A stretch of DNA of 64,000 nt from Octopus sinensis (Eukaryota), in the NCBI RefSeq assembly GCF_006345805.1, contig NC_042998.1:7812001-7876000 (forward strand), read 5' to 3'. Shown in pieces: positions 10,884 to 23,290 of this stretch. Positions within the stretch are counted from its first letter, which is position 1. Every line of letters starts with the position of its first letter. The position numbers were made by a program, and so were the translations under genes. The notes beneath the pieces are model-generated. The model was given only the letters and a program-made list of their open reading frames with translations. It made no database searches and was not told where the DNA came from.

Positions 10884-11179
10884 CATCGTGATCACCGTGA
10901 CCGACCAGGCTATCAGATGTCGCTACACATCGCTGGTCACAATGCGCTTCGCATTGTTTTAGCCTTCAAATGACGCCACCCCGCTGGCTAAGCGAGCAGG
11001 CCAACAGAAGAAAGAGTGAGAGAAAGTTGCGGCGAAAGAGTACAGCAGGGATCGCCACCAGCCCCTGCTGGAGCATCGTGGAACTTTAGGTGTTTTCGCT
11101 CAATAAACACACACAACGCCCGGTCTGGGAATACGACCGCAAGTCCGCTGCCCTAACCATTGGGCCATTGCGCCTCCAC
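10884..11179 (-). mobile_element. SINE family C2, near full length, 12-bp TSD
   Basis: Same head and body as C1 with a different tail; TSD ACATCTGGTTAT at 10872-10883 and 11180-11191. Confidence 0.9.
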
Positions 11180-12849
11180 ACATCTGGTTATACGAAAACA
11201 TATTGGATGACACAGAAATAGGAGTCAGGTCAAAAATGATTAAGCAAGTTAGTGATGGTTGACAACTGATTTCTTTTTTACCCTTGAAATCTTCAAAGTG
11301 ACATCATTAGGACAGTATTTTTCAAAGACAGACATGGTATGGCTTTGAAGATTGGAGCACTGTGGCATGTAACCAAAAATTAAGATAAGTACTTTCAGAA
11401 AAAGAGAGACGTTGTGAAATTACTGTTTGTATATACATACATGCATTTGTGCATACAGGCATACACACGTGCGTATGTTAATGTATGTACGCATGCATGT
11501 ATGTATGTATGTCTACAAACAGTGAAATTTCAAATTCCGACTGTAACGTCTACACCAATGACACTGGCCCTCCCAGCCATAACGTGGCAACGACGTACAC
11601 TAACTTCTTTTCATTGCAATAAAAGTCTAGAAACATTGATGACGGATTTAGGAGCTTTACTGCAAGAAACTTATACGGGAATAACGAAAAAAATAATAAA
11701 ATTATAAGATAAATCTAGAAATTATTCATGTATTCAGCAGAATATATCTAATAATAAATTAGAACAAAGAATTAAAAAATAAATTTAGACAACCAACTCA
11801 CGATTGATAAGCCGCGATATAGTTAAGATGCAGCCATGCCCCAAACCCCACCAAATTCTGCTCTGAATTCTTCAACGTCGTGAATTCTGAAAGTTTCCAT
11901 GAACTTCTAGTGTTTCAGTTAGAACGAGATGCACCACACGTCCTCTTCGCTGAACACCCTTATCCCACCCATATTCTCTCGTACATCCTGTCTTTCGTTA
12001 AGATTAACGCTTTCAATGCATCATAGTTTCCTCTCGTTTCTTCTTGTCGGAGTATAAACGTCTTTGTTTCACAACTGTTGTTGTATGATAAATTTGAATT
12101 TTTTAATATATTTTTCTTATCCGTTAATCTCTGTCATTTTGTGGTGAGGCGCATTTGTTGCAAACACGTTTGTAGCTAACACGTTCTCTCTAGCTCATCG
12201 GGATTTAATTCAGTTAAAATAGTAAACAATATTAGCAAAAATATATTAAATATCTAAGGGAAACTATTTTTCGTTCTATCTCGGAAGGTCATTATGCTAA
12301 TAATAATAATAATAACACGCACTGGTTCTATTTCACTTCTTTATTTCTATATTTGACATTCGGTTAGCTATTTAACCAATTAACTGATTGATTATTTAGT
12401 TTAATGACAAAATGACAAATAAAATTAAATTAAGACTTGAAAAAGAAACAGTGCATGTGTTTATTATTGGCATAAAGACCCTCTCGAGATACAAGGAAAC
12501 ATGTTTCAATTCATGATTTCACATCGATAATCTTGCAAGCCAAATAGAAAACAATTTTCCCGCCCGAAGGCAACGGAATGGACGCTTAAATGCTGTAAAG
12601 TACAAAATGAATTAGATACACAGAAACTTTTCCTTTCAAGTCAACGTAGTAAAAATCCACTTTATCCCAGAAGGCTGTTCCAAGTATCCGTTCATCACAA
12701 ACAGCGGCAACAGCAAAAAAAAAAAAAGGAAATAAAACAACAAAACAAAAAACAGCAACAATATGAATAATAACAATAAGATTAACAACAACAACAGCTG
12801 TAATAACATAAACATATAAAATTTTGGGATCACTAGTTTCGTTTGATCT

Positions 12850-13215
12850 CCCTTAAAACAATTATTAGAGAGGTCGATTAGCAAAATGGGTAGAGCGTCG
12901 AACAAAACTCCGATTCATTACATTTTGAGTTAAAATCTTTCCGAGGTCAATTTTGCCCTACATTCTTGCAGAATTTATAAAAGAACATACGAATAAAGCA
13001 CTGGTTCGATTGTTTATCGATTAATCCCTTCCCTAAAAATTACTCGCCTTGTGCCAAGATTAGAACCAATTATCATCAAAGGCGGTGGATTGGTTAGTAT
13101 CCTTAAAGTGTCGGACAAAATGCTTCATGACATTTGCTCCGTCTCTACGCTCTGATTTCAAATCCCGCTGCTGTCATCGTTGCCTTTCATCCCTCCGGGG
13201 TCGATAAAATGATTT
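12850..13215 (+). mobile_element. Two old, degenerate family-A-like SINE copies
   Basis: Residual TTTTGAGTTAAAATC..GAGGTCAATTTTGCC and GCCTTTCATCCCTCCGGGGTCGATAAAATG. Confidence 0.6.
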
Positions 13216-13902
13216 ACTAATCAAATAAAGTTGTCGAGGATATCGACAAAACTGGGAGGATACACAGAAGATTATCCTGACCCCTGCACAAAGGTGAAAC
13301 ACAAATTTGATTTAAGGGGATGCCTCAGTAGCATTTAAACCAAAAAAGTAAGTAGCCAAAATTTACATAGCGCAAGGTTCTAACAATTCTGTTAACCCGC
13401 TATCCTTAATAATTGTTAACTTAAACACAAGTCCAACGATTCTAAGGGGAATGGTTAGTTGATTAAATCAATCTCACAACTGTTACTGTATTTCATTGAC
13501 TCCGGAAGGTAAAATAGAAAATCAACGCTCTTAGTTGTAGAAACTAAAACTGCAAGGTATTTCCTGCGAGTTGTGAATGGTTCTGCTTTACTAGCAACAA
13601 TATTCATTTCGGGCATAAGCACAAGGGCTGAAATTTTGAAGGCGTATATATTCAATACTTGAATGGTACTTTGTTTTGGTGAGCTCCAGAAAGATAAAAT
13701 TAAAGCTGATTTCGTCAGAATTTGAACTCAGAACGTAGAGATAACGAACTCTGCAAAGAACTTTGGCGTTTTACTACTTTTAACATCGACGAATCTTTAC
13801 AAAATCTTATAAGGAAACTTCATTGTCGTTACTCGATCTAAAACTGGGAACGAAATCTCTCTCTCCGATCACACTCTATTGTCTTGTAATAAAAGCATAT
13901 TA

Positions 13903-14330
13903 GGATCTTTTCGGTTTGAACGGCAGTTTTTTCTAGCGGTGTCATATGAAATTGTCACCCATAATTATGACTCTAGTATCGATCTATTGCATTTCAATCT
14001 ATTTTAGGGTTAGGGTTAGTTAGGGTTAGGGGTGGGGGAAAGGGTATCTTTTTTTCTTCACAAATGTAAATAAACCCAATCTGTTTCTTAAACGAGTGAC
14101 ATATTCATACGGCACAGAATGTTGTTTACCTCAATGGACGTATTTGATTGGTTGAAATTGCAGAAATTGAAGAAAAAACCCAACAAATATCTTACAAACT
14201 ATAGAATTTTCTCAATAAAGCCAAGAGAAAAAGATGTTTTATAAACACATTCTACCAGTATACGAAGTTTAAAATTTTTTTAGTTACCTAGAAATTATGT
14301 TAAAAACTGCCGTTCAAACCGAAAACATCT
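13903..14330. mobile_element. Non-autonomous TIR element, Merlin-like, with internal (TTAGGG)n
   Basis: ~28-bp TIRs GGATCTTTTCGGTTTGAACGGCAGTTTTT / AAAAACTGCCGTTCAAACCGAAAACATCT; 8-bp TSD GCATATTA/GGATATTA (1 mismatch). GG-start TIR plus 8-bp TSD fits Merlin. Confidence 0.75.
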
Positions 14331-15029
14331 GGATATTAGATAATGGCGTTTGATATAAACTGTCTGAATCATGACCTCGTCACGGCTATCAATGCTTCCA
14401 TTTGTAATCCTGCCAGTTTAAGAATGACGTGCGTATAAAATAAAAATATTAACAGCAACAATAATAACAACATTAATTAATGACAATAATGTTAATAGGC
14501 TAAAATATACGTTATATCGTTCCATAAGCTGAAGTAATTCACTTTTTATAAATGTGTATTTGTTTGTGTATACATACATGGGCACACATTCACAAAAAAT
14601 ACACGCAATTATATAATTAACTAAATATGTAAGATCGGGTGATTAACCTAATTTTTAAAGATGAACCATTCATGAATATTTGTATAATATGGGGGATGAA
14701 CCATTCATTAATATTTACACAACAGGGAATTGTAGTTTGACAGAATCATTTAAGTATCGGCCGATTCTGTCCAGAGTTCGAAACCTACCACGGTCGTATT
14801 TGTCTTCATCCGTTCAAGGGTCGATAAAATACAGTATCAAAAGATTAAGGTTCATACAATTGACTGTAGCCTAGTCAGAAAAATTCTGTAACACTGGGTT
14901 TGTACTTTAACCCAATTTATACATATACGTATCATTTGGATCGGTTTCATCGCCGATACCCATCAAGTGCCTTCTTCCTGAATGTGTAGATTACTACCAA
15001 GACTGGGTCGGAACAACGAACGTTTCTTT

Positions 15030-15445
15030 AAGGCGGCGAGCTGGCAGAAACGTTAGCACGCCGGGCGAAATGCGTAGCCGTATTTCATCTTTCGTTACGT
15101 TCTGAGTTCAAATTCCGCCGAGGTCGACTTTGCTTTTCATCCTTTTGGGGTCGATTAAATAAGTACCAGTTACGCACTAGGGTCGATATAATCGACTTAA
15201 TCCCTTTGTCTGTCCTTGTTTGTCCTCTCTGTGTTTAGCCCCTTGTGGGTAGTAAAGAAATAGGTATTTCGTCGGCCGTTACGTTCTGAGTTCAAAATCC
15301 GCCGAGGTCGACTTTGCTTTTCATCCTTTCGGGGTCGATTAAATAAATACCAGTTACGCAGTGGGGTCGATGTAATCGACTTAATCCGTTTGTCTGTCCT
15401 TGTTTGTCCCCTCTGTGTTTAGCCCCTTGTGGGTAGTAAAGAAAT
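15030..15445 (+). mobile_element. SINE family A1, dimeric copy with 18-bp TSD
   Basis: TSD AACAACGAACGTTTCTTT at 15012-15029 and 15446-15463. Confidence 0.95.
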
Positions 15446-15599
15446 AACAACGAACGTTTCTTTTTCTAAACATAGTAATAACACTTTCCTTTACTTAATC
15501 ACCGACGAATCCACGTTGAAATCCTTAGTTTGCCGAACGACCTGCACCAATGATTTGTTTATTGTGATCAAATGTATGTGCCGTACATTAGCTCAATCC

Positions 15600-15775
15600 C
15601 TTCATAAAATTAACTTTGCCTGGACAGGTGCGCAGCGTTCCTCATGTCAGGTATCGAAGTGATCGCAGATCAATGTGAGATGAAGTGTCTTGCTCAGGAG
15701 CACAACGCACCGGTTGGTCTAGGAATGGAACTGAAATGATCGCAGGTGAAACACCTAACCACTAGGCTAAGAGTC
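15600..15775 (-). mobile_element. CORE-type SINE (family D), degenerate
   Basis: Reverse complement has TAGCCTAGTGGTTAGG and TGAGCAAGACACTTCATCTCACATTG; homologous to 53685-53935. Confidence 0.65.
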
Positions 15776-15794
15776 CTCTCTCTCTCTCTCCCAT

Positions 15795-15847
<53 letters not shown>

Positions 15848-15956
15848 CGAAGGAGTGGCTGTGTGGTGAGATGCCTATAGAAGAAGGGACTATTATTATT
15901 ATTAAGGCGGCGAGCTGGCAGGGGCTTTAGCACGCCGGGCCAAAGGACGAAAAACC

Positions 15957-16187
15957 TATTTCTTTACTACCCACAAGGGGCTAAACACAGAGAAGACAAA
16001 CAAGGACAGACAAACGGATTAAGTCGACTATATCGACCCCAGTGCGTAACTGGTACTTATTTAATCGACCCCGAAAGGATGAAAGGCAAAGTCGACCTCG
16101 GCGGAATTTGAACTCAGAGCGTAGCGGCAGGCGAAATACCGCTAAGCCTTTGGCCCGGCGTGCTAAAGCCCCTGCCAGCTCGCCACC
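15957..16187 (-). mobile_element. SINE family A1 monomer
   Basis: Reverse complement of the A1 consensus. Confidence 0.9.
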
Positions 16188-16204
16188 TTAATAATAATAA
16201 TAGT

Positions 16205-16409
16205 TCCTTCTACTATAGGCATAAGGCCTGGAATTTCGGGGATGGAGACTAGTCGAACACATCGAGCCCAGTGTTTCACTGGTACTTATTTTTATCGACT
16301 TCGTAAGGATGAAAGGTTAAGTCGACCTCGGCGGAATTTGAACTCAGAACGTAAAGACGGACGAAATGCAGCTAATCATTTTTGACTGGCGTGCTAACGA
16401 TTCTACCAA
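16205..16409 (-). mobile_element. SINE family A with alternative tail (A3: GGCCTTATGCCTATAGTAGAAGG)
   Basis: A head and core; tail differs from A1 and ends in (ATT)n. Confidence 0.75.
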
Positions 16410-16708
16410 ATAAAAAAACCTCATTACTAAATACTCGCCATTCAACAAAACATACGGAAATCTGGTTTAGAGAGATTTTTAGATATTTAGGACCACCAAG
16501 TCATTGAGATTTCCTGTAACTTCAGATTAGTTGATATAAAACGCATTACGTCAACCTCTACATTTCATCGAATCCCCATCTTTTTTTCATTAAGCCAACC
16601 AGACATCTACATGTAAATAATCTTGCAAATATAACCTTTTCAAGAATTTAATTTGCTACTACATTGATTCACCTCTTAACACTTCATTATTCTTCATAAT
16701 GTTACATA

Positions 16709-16930
16709 TACGAGGGGGTGCTGAAAATTCCCTGGCTTTAAGGACATCACAAAAGACTTGTTTGGAGGCCCAACCTTCAGAGTTCTTTTACAAGAATTAG
16801 AAAAGAATGAGGGTCTGCTGCAATAAATGGGTGAATCGGAAAAGGGAATATGTTGGATAAAATCATAATTAACTGATCCTTCTCTATTTCCTTTTAGCCA
16901 AAGCCAGGAACTTTTCAGCACCCCTTCGTA
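16709..16930. mobile_element. Mariner-derived MITE with TA TSD
   Basis: TIRs CGAGGGGGTGCTGAAAATTCCCTGGCTTT / AAAGCCAGGAACTTTTCAGCACCCCTTCG flanked by TA; second copy at 57297-57516. Confidence 0.85.
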
Positions 16931-17094
16931 TAGCTGCTCTCCTTTTCACAACATTCCCCATTTTTTTACTTCTGTTTCCTTCAGAAATTGAAGAATTACT
17001 TTCCTTAGTAGTAGTATTTTGTTACTCTCCTGGGTATTCATTTTACGATTTCATTTTAAATGCGTGAGACATAAAAAATTAATTCACAATCACA

Positions 17095-17257
17095 GGCGCA
17101 GGAGTGGCTGTGTGGTAAGTAGCTTTCTAACCAACCACATGGTTCCGGGTTCAGTCCCACTGCGTGGCACCTTGAGCAAGTGTCTTCTGCTATAGCCCCG
17201 GGCCGACCAATGCCTTGTGAGTGGATTTGGTAGACGGAAACTGAAAGAAGCCTGTCG

Positions 17258-17298
<41 letters not shown>

Positions 17299-17505
17299 AT
17301 GTGTTTGTCCTCCTAGCATTGCTTGACAACCGGTGCTGGTGTGTTTACGTCCCCGTCACTTAGCGGTTCGGCAAAAGAGACCGATAGAATAAGTACTAGG
17401 CTTACAAAGAATAAGTCCCGGGGTCGATTTGCTCGACTAAAGGCGGTGCTCCAGCATGGCCGCAATCAAATGACTGAAACATGTAAAAGAAGATAAAAGA
17501 GATAA
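17095..17505 (+). mobile_element. SINE family B (tRNA head, CORE-like CACCTTGAGCAAGTGTCTT, internal TA/TG microsatellite, LINE-like tail)
   Basis: Full-length match to about 10 other copies in the window. Confidence 0.9.
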
Positions 17506-19223
17506 GGAGAGAATCTTACTGTGCTTAAAATACTAAAATATGTCCATATGAGCTCTTTCAAGTCGCTGATCTGTATGAGATATCGATTCATATACTAACA
17601 CAAGCGAAACGAGAACCAGATTAAAGCACATCTATCAAGTACACACATCAATGTGTAGTATATCCATCAACCCAGTTCGTGTGTGGCCTATATCATATTT
17701 CAGACACTTTTGAAAACAGCGTTGAGTTGACGCAACAACCATACTAAATAGGCCAGGTAGTAACAATTAGATGCTCTGCTAGTAGTTACTGGCCTACTAA
17801 CACACCTACAAACCATTGAAAATTATTTCAGCTATATGGTCAAAGTACAAGAATGTCGTTTTGTTTGTTGCTTTTGCTTAAAGCTAAATAATTCGAGGGT
17901 GAGGTTATAGCCAATAAATCGACCCTATAGTTTTTATAGTACATATTCGAGTAAACCCGGGGCTGGAAAAACATAATTGGAGAGATTTGAGTAGCCGAAG
18001 CCAAATGCTGTAGGACATTTGATCGCTACTCTATTTTGCTTCCAACTCACTGCAAAACCCAGGCTGTAAAAATAGTGGTTCATATATAGGCACAAGACCT
18101 TAAATGCAGGCGTTGCGTATAACCAATTAGATTCATACTAATACTAAATGAGTACTTGTATTATGAATAACAGAAGGATCTCGCCGGAATCTGATATTAG
18201 AATTTAATGAACTGTAGGCAAACACACAAAGCGAAACATTTTTTCTGTTGCTTTATCGATTTTGCCAACCATTTGATACAAACATTAAAAAGCAAAAACA
18301 CAGCTATGTGACTTAATCTGAAATTGAAAAATCCTATCCCGCGCCAAAATATTAGTGAAGACTTTTTTCTCTCTCGTTCTCCTGCCCTTTTTATTAATGA
18401 AGAAACGAAATAAAATTTGCATACATAAAACTGTTCTTTCTTTGCCATGGTGTTTGGTAAATTTTAAAAGGCTTAGAATCACCACACTTATTAGACGTGG
18501 TAATTTGTCCCCTGTCCCCACATTTTAACCAAGCATTGATCGAATACCAATAAGTGACTGGTAATTATTTTATCAAAAAGTTTTAAAGGCGAAGTTGACG
18601 CTAGATATATTTCAATTCACGACAGTAGATACAAGGAACAAAATACCAACGACAAAAACATCATAGCAATTGCTCTATAAATAAGTTAGAAACTAGTACT
18701 TAAATGAAATTTCACATTATTAAACTAATACTTAGTTGGCATTTCACATTGTTAAACTACACCTACGCCGTGCATTCTTAAATATAATATATTATTTTCT
18801 TTGTCCACAGAAGAATAAAGAAATTGTCCAGGCAGGATTCATGGCTCGTTGGCTTATCTGAAGAAGCAAAAGTACCTCGCCCGTCAGCCCTCGACGTGAA
18901 ACTCATTGTAATTGCTACATAAATCAGTCAAAAACTAGTTCTTAACTGAAATGGTTTGATTAATCTGTCTAACTTTAGTCGGTGGCGTAATTGAATACCC
19001 TTGAATATCTTTATGCACATTTATATCACACACACACACATGTATATACACGTGCGTGTATAGAATGTGCGTGTGTCTGTATGTGTGCATTTACATATAC
19101 TTGTATATATTTGTGTCCATATATATTTGCTTATATATGTATATATGTGCATACTAGTGTCTATATGCATGTGTGTGGTGTACATAAAAGTATAACTCTA
19201 TATGTATGTACGTCTCTGTATAA

Positions 19224-19277
<54 letters not shown>

Positions 19278-19496
19278 TCAAATATGAAAACTTACATCTG
19301 TGCGTATATACATACAAACGTAGATGTCTTTCTACTCACACATGTGTGAGACTAGTTAATTTGTTTGAAAAACTGGAAGTTTATTATGTTTCTTTTTTTC
19401 GTTCATGTAAATTGAGTTTATCTGATCGAAGATTGTGTTTCAGCGAAACGAGACGTCTGTTGCTTACTTCACCAAATACTAATGAGGAGATAATCA

Positions 19497-19548
19497 ATGG
19501 ATCCTACACGAGAGGAGAATTCAAATGATTTGAAGATAACAAAGGATA
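19497..19548 (+). CDS. Possible upstream exon of an unknown small gene (MDPTREENSNDLKITKD)
   Basis: Acceptor TTGTGTTTCAG at 19443, ATG at 19497, weak donor GTTAGA at 19549; phase 1 matches the next candidate exon. Confidence 0.2.
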
Positions 19549-19849
19549 GTTAGATTACGAAAACGAAGGCGTCTGATTAGCAGGAAACCTACACACACAC
19601 ACAAACAAACACACGTCCCCAAAATACTCATACATAGACGTGTATACAATTAAGAATGAATACACAAACACACACATGAATTTATGTACTTGTGTGTTTG
19701 TATACATATATATACATATATATATATATACATATATATATGCGCATACTTCTTTGCCTGTATTTATAGATTATATACATACGTAATTTATATGTATGTA
19801 TGGACACATACGTAATCTATATATTTACCTACCTACCTACTTAGCTGCA

Positions 19850-19889
19850 GCATGCATGCATGCATGCATGCATGCATGCATGCATGCAT

Positions 19890-19968
<79 letters not shown>

Positions 19969-20416
19969 ACACACACACACACACCACCACACACACACAC
20001 ACCACCACACACACACACCACACACACACACACACAACACACACACACACACCACACACACACACATACATACATACATACACACATACATACATACATA
20101 CATACATACATACATACATACATACATACATACATACATACATACATACATACATACATACATACATACATACATACATACATACATACATACATACATA
20201 CATACATACATACATACATACATACATACATACATACATACATACATACATACATCATACATACATACATACATACATACATACATACATACATACATAC
20301 ATACATACTACATACATACATACATACATACATACATACATACATACATACATACAACATACATACATACTACATACATACATACATACATACATACATA
20401 CATACATACATACATA
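19850..20416. repeat. Compound microsatellite (TGCA)n-(CGCA)n-(CA)n-(TACA)n
   Basis: Direct reading. Confidence 0.95.
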
Positions 20417-20582
20417 AAGATTTGCAGGAAGTCAAAGGAATGCTAAAATGTTCACTTCGCTTCACAGGAATATCATGAAACGAATTATTAGAAAGGAAAA
20501 TATGATTACATTAACATATCTATTCATTATCTATAAGTTCTGCTAGATTTGAACGTGAATATCTAATCGCTTTTGTTTGCAG

Positions 20583-20751
20583 CTGTCTATAAACAAGCGC
20601 TCGTATTCTTGGCAGATTCATCAGTCTGATGGCGTAGCTTTGACTGAGGAGATTCACAACGTCAAAACACCGCGGTGTCTAGAATCCGCCTGTACTGGCG
20701 AATAACGAGTGTTATGAACATCTTCGAAAGGGAGGAGGTGTCTCTGATGAG
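20583..20751 (+). CDS. Candidate exon with two in-frame TGA (20627, 20645) and in-frame ATG at 20714
   Basis: Acceptor CTTTTGTTTGCAG, donor GAG/GTAAAA, GC-richer unique island; phase-2 end joins the exon at 21634. Confidence 0.3.
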
Positions 20752-20901
20752 GTAAAATATTAATGATTAGACGTTCCTGTTTAAATCTACCTGAACATAT
20801 CAAGAATGGATTCATATGTTATTGTTAAGATTTTTGCTGTTGAGTGAGTGCTCCATGAAATATCTGATTATTTACATAAAGGAGACGTTTTCTTTTCAAG
20901 T

Positions 20902-20938
<37 letters not shown>

Positions 20939-20980
20939 CCTATCTATCTATCTATCTATCTATCTATCCATCTATCTGTT

Positions 20981-21287
20981 GTTGAGGCACATGGCCTAGT
21001 GGTTGGAGCAGCGGACTCGCAGTCGAGGGATCGAGGGTTCGAATCTCAGACCGGGTGATGTGTGTGTTTATGAGCGAAACACCTAAGCTTCACGTGGCTC
21101 CGGCAGAAGGTAATGGTGAACTTCTGCTGACTCTTTCACCACAACTTTCTCTCACTCTTTTCCTCCTGCATCTTGCAGCTCACCTGCGACGGACCAGTGT
21201 CCCATCCAGGTGGGGAACCTATACACCCAGGAAACCGGCCCTTATGAGCCAGGCATGGCTCGAGAAGGAACAAACAACAACAACAAC
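20981..21287 (+). mobile_element. SINE family C3 (C-type head and body, third tail type ending in (AAC)n)
   Basis: TGGCCTAGTGGTTGG and GGGTTCGAATCTC boxes; body shared with C1/C2 up to ACTTTCTCTCACTCTT. Confidence 0.8.
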
Positions 21288-21633
21288 TATCCATCTGTTT
21301 ATATCGCTCTCTTTCTCACACATTCAGGCTCACACACTCAGCTGCTATATAATTAACATTAGATGTTAGAACACTTGCTCGATTAATCGGTTAAATGTAG
21401 ATATGATAAAGTGAGATTTTACAAAGACATCTTATAAAGTTAACTAATAAGCCACGTCATCTTGATATAGCCTGACATTTAGGAAACCGGTTACATAATC
21501 TTATGAGAGGCAGAAATGTGTTGAAGCGAATTATACGTTTTCAAAAATGATGAAAAAGTTCAGTGTAAAGTACTTTAGGAAAATTTCTTGAAATCATTGC
21601 CTTTTGTAATTTATTTTCAGTCTTTTGTGTCAG

Positions 21634-21826
21634 AAGGAAAGGTAGTGCCGATGACTCTTTGCAGGCCATTGAAGAAATTTGGAAGAGAAGGTGGGAGGAA
21701 AGTATCCGAACGCCGGAGAACTGGCCAACTTCCTTGCAACAATCCGTTAAAGACACTCAATGGTATGAGATGGTGAAGTTCAATCTGTTCATGGACTACG
21801 TCTACTACGGAAGTAGGGCGTGGTAA
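21634..21826 (+). CDS. Candidate terminal exon, unknown protein (RKGSADDSLQAIEEIWKRRWEESIRTPENW...DYVYYGSRAW*)
   Basis: 63 open codons in a GC-richer unique island; pyrimidine-rich acceptor region (AG at 21619-20 and 21632-33); tandem TAA TAG stop; the in-register antisense frame is also open. No family recognised. Confidence 0.4.
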
Positions 21827-22379
21827 TAGCGTAGAGAGCCTGAACAAACACCACAAGTCACTCGGTTTTTATTTTGTCGAATTTCTACCAATCCATCGCC
21901 CAGGATCTCAGTTATAAAATGGTGTACCCTCTACAACTATGCTAATAATAACATAATATGAAATTAAATCTATGGAAGAAATAAATGTTGGCCATTATAT
22001 GCACATCGCTATTATCCCATCCGCTAACTTTCTGCCATTTTGATATATCCGGATAGAAGAAATTACAGCGATACTTTATGAGATTTGAGAATTAAGTGAA
22101 TAACGACGTATCGTTTCATATGCATATGACTAATATGGCAGTTAGGTGTCTATTAACTAGCTGGCTATATTCCAAAAACATATAGACAAAAAGTAATTTG
22201 AATCTTGTGGAAGACACATCTTAGTCAATTAGATTATTGCTTCTGGGGTGGGTAAATTAAGCTGTCTCATAAAAAAAGATGAGCGTTTATATACACCAGT
22301 TGAGCTATTAAAAGACATTAAAAGTTTCAAGACACTGGACAACATGAAGAAGAAATAGTAGTCATATATATTTTTTATT

Positions 22380-22700
22380 AAATGTTTTTTGAGAAATTTC
22401 ACCAAAATTTGATATCAAAGGCTATGAAAACACCAAATGGGCGGCCACTAGATAATTCGCAAAGGTCCCAGCCTATATTCACCTGTGACGAGATTTAGTG
22501 ATTATTGGTGATATTAAGGAGCCGCTTCTATTTAAAATACTTCCAGAAAACGTGAAAGATCTCCAGGGTGTAGAGGTCGACGCACTTAAATAGCACTTGA
22601 ACATCCTAGTATGAAGTATGCAAGATACGGGTACATCACGGAAGAAGTAACGTTTGAGACATGCTTCATCAGCATCTCTCGCTTAAGAGATTCTAAATAT
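22380..22700 (+). pseudogene. Old CR1-group LINE ORF2 C-terminal relic
   Basis: EPLLFKILPENVKDLQGVEVDALK*HLNIL aligns by eye with GPQLFNTLPKNLRDLHGVDADVFKIKLDLFL at 5900-5990. Confidence 0.6.
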
Positions 22701-22794
22701 AACACAAAAGCTGCAGTTGTGCTAATAGCGTTACCCACGTGGCTGGAGGCAGTCAAAGAGTGTATTCGTACGTCTATGTATGCGTATGGTTTTT

Positions 22795-22845
<51 letters not shown>

Positions 22846-22917
22846 ATACAGTTGTAGTCGTCTTGGGTGGTTCTTCAGCGTCAAAGTATAATTACAGTTT
22901 TCCTCAAACTCTGTATT

Positions 22918-23111
22918 TACAGAGATGTACTTGCATAGCAAGTGACCTGATCTGAGATCGTGTGCTGAAACGAAAACAATTGCAGCGTGGAAGGTGCTTG
23001 TAAGCCATTTAAGAAACACACAAAAGCCGTTCGATTCACTTCAACATTTAAGTTTAATTTTTGTCAAAATATTTTCGTCGCTTTAAGACCGCGACCTCTT
23101 CACTGACTAAA
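22918..23111 (-). mobile_element. ~195-bp non-coding element, hammerhead family 3, copy 1
   Basis: Direct repeat of 23367-23558; minus-strand hammerhead-like fold at 23060-23111 with core GTGAAGA. Confidence 0.75.
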
Positions 23112-23290
23112 GTCCGTGCTGCATCCTGTATTTACAACTTACTGAATAGGTAACACTTCTTTGACTAGACGTGTAGAATTTAAATGGACATAAATTTGGC
23201 TTGATATCCCAATCGATAGGACATCCGACAAAATAAACTTTGTGATATTTGTTTACATTCCCGTACGATTTCAGGCTAATTCACTCCCTG

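Noticed and set aside
11540-11800. Possible Penelope ORF remnant (KIIR*I*KL)
   Set aside because: Too short and degenerate to support
14004-14031. True telomere or chromosome-fusion scar
   Set aside because: Only four units, internal to a TIR element
21830-22200. SECIS element for the TGA-containing gene model
   Set aside because: ATGA-started stems lack the 3' GA quartet and an apical AA at the correct spacing
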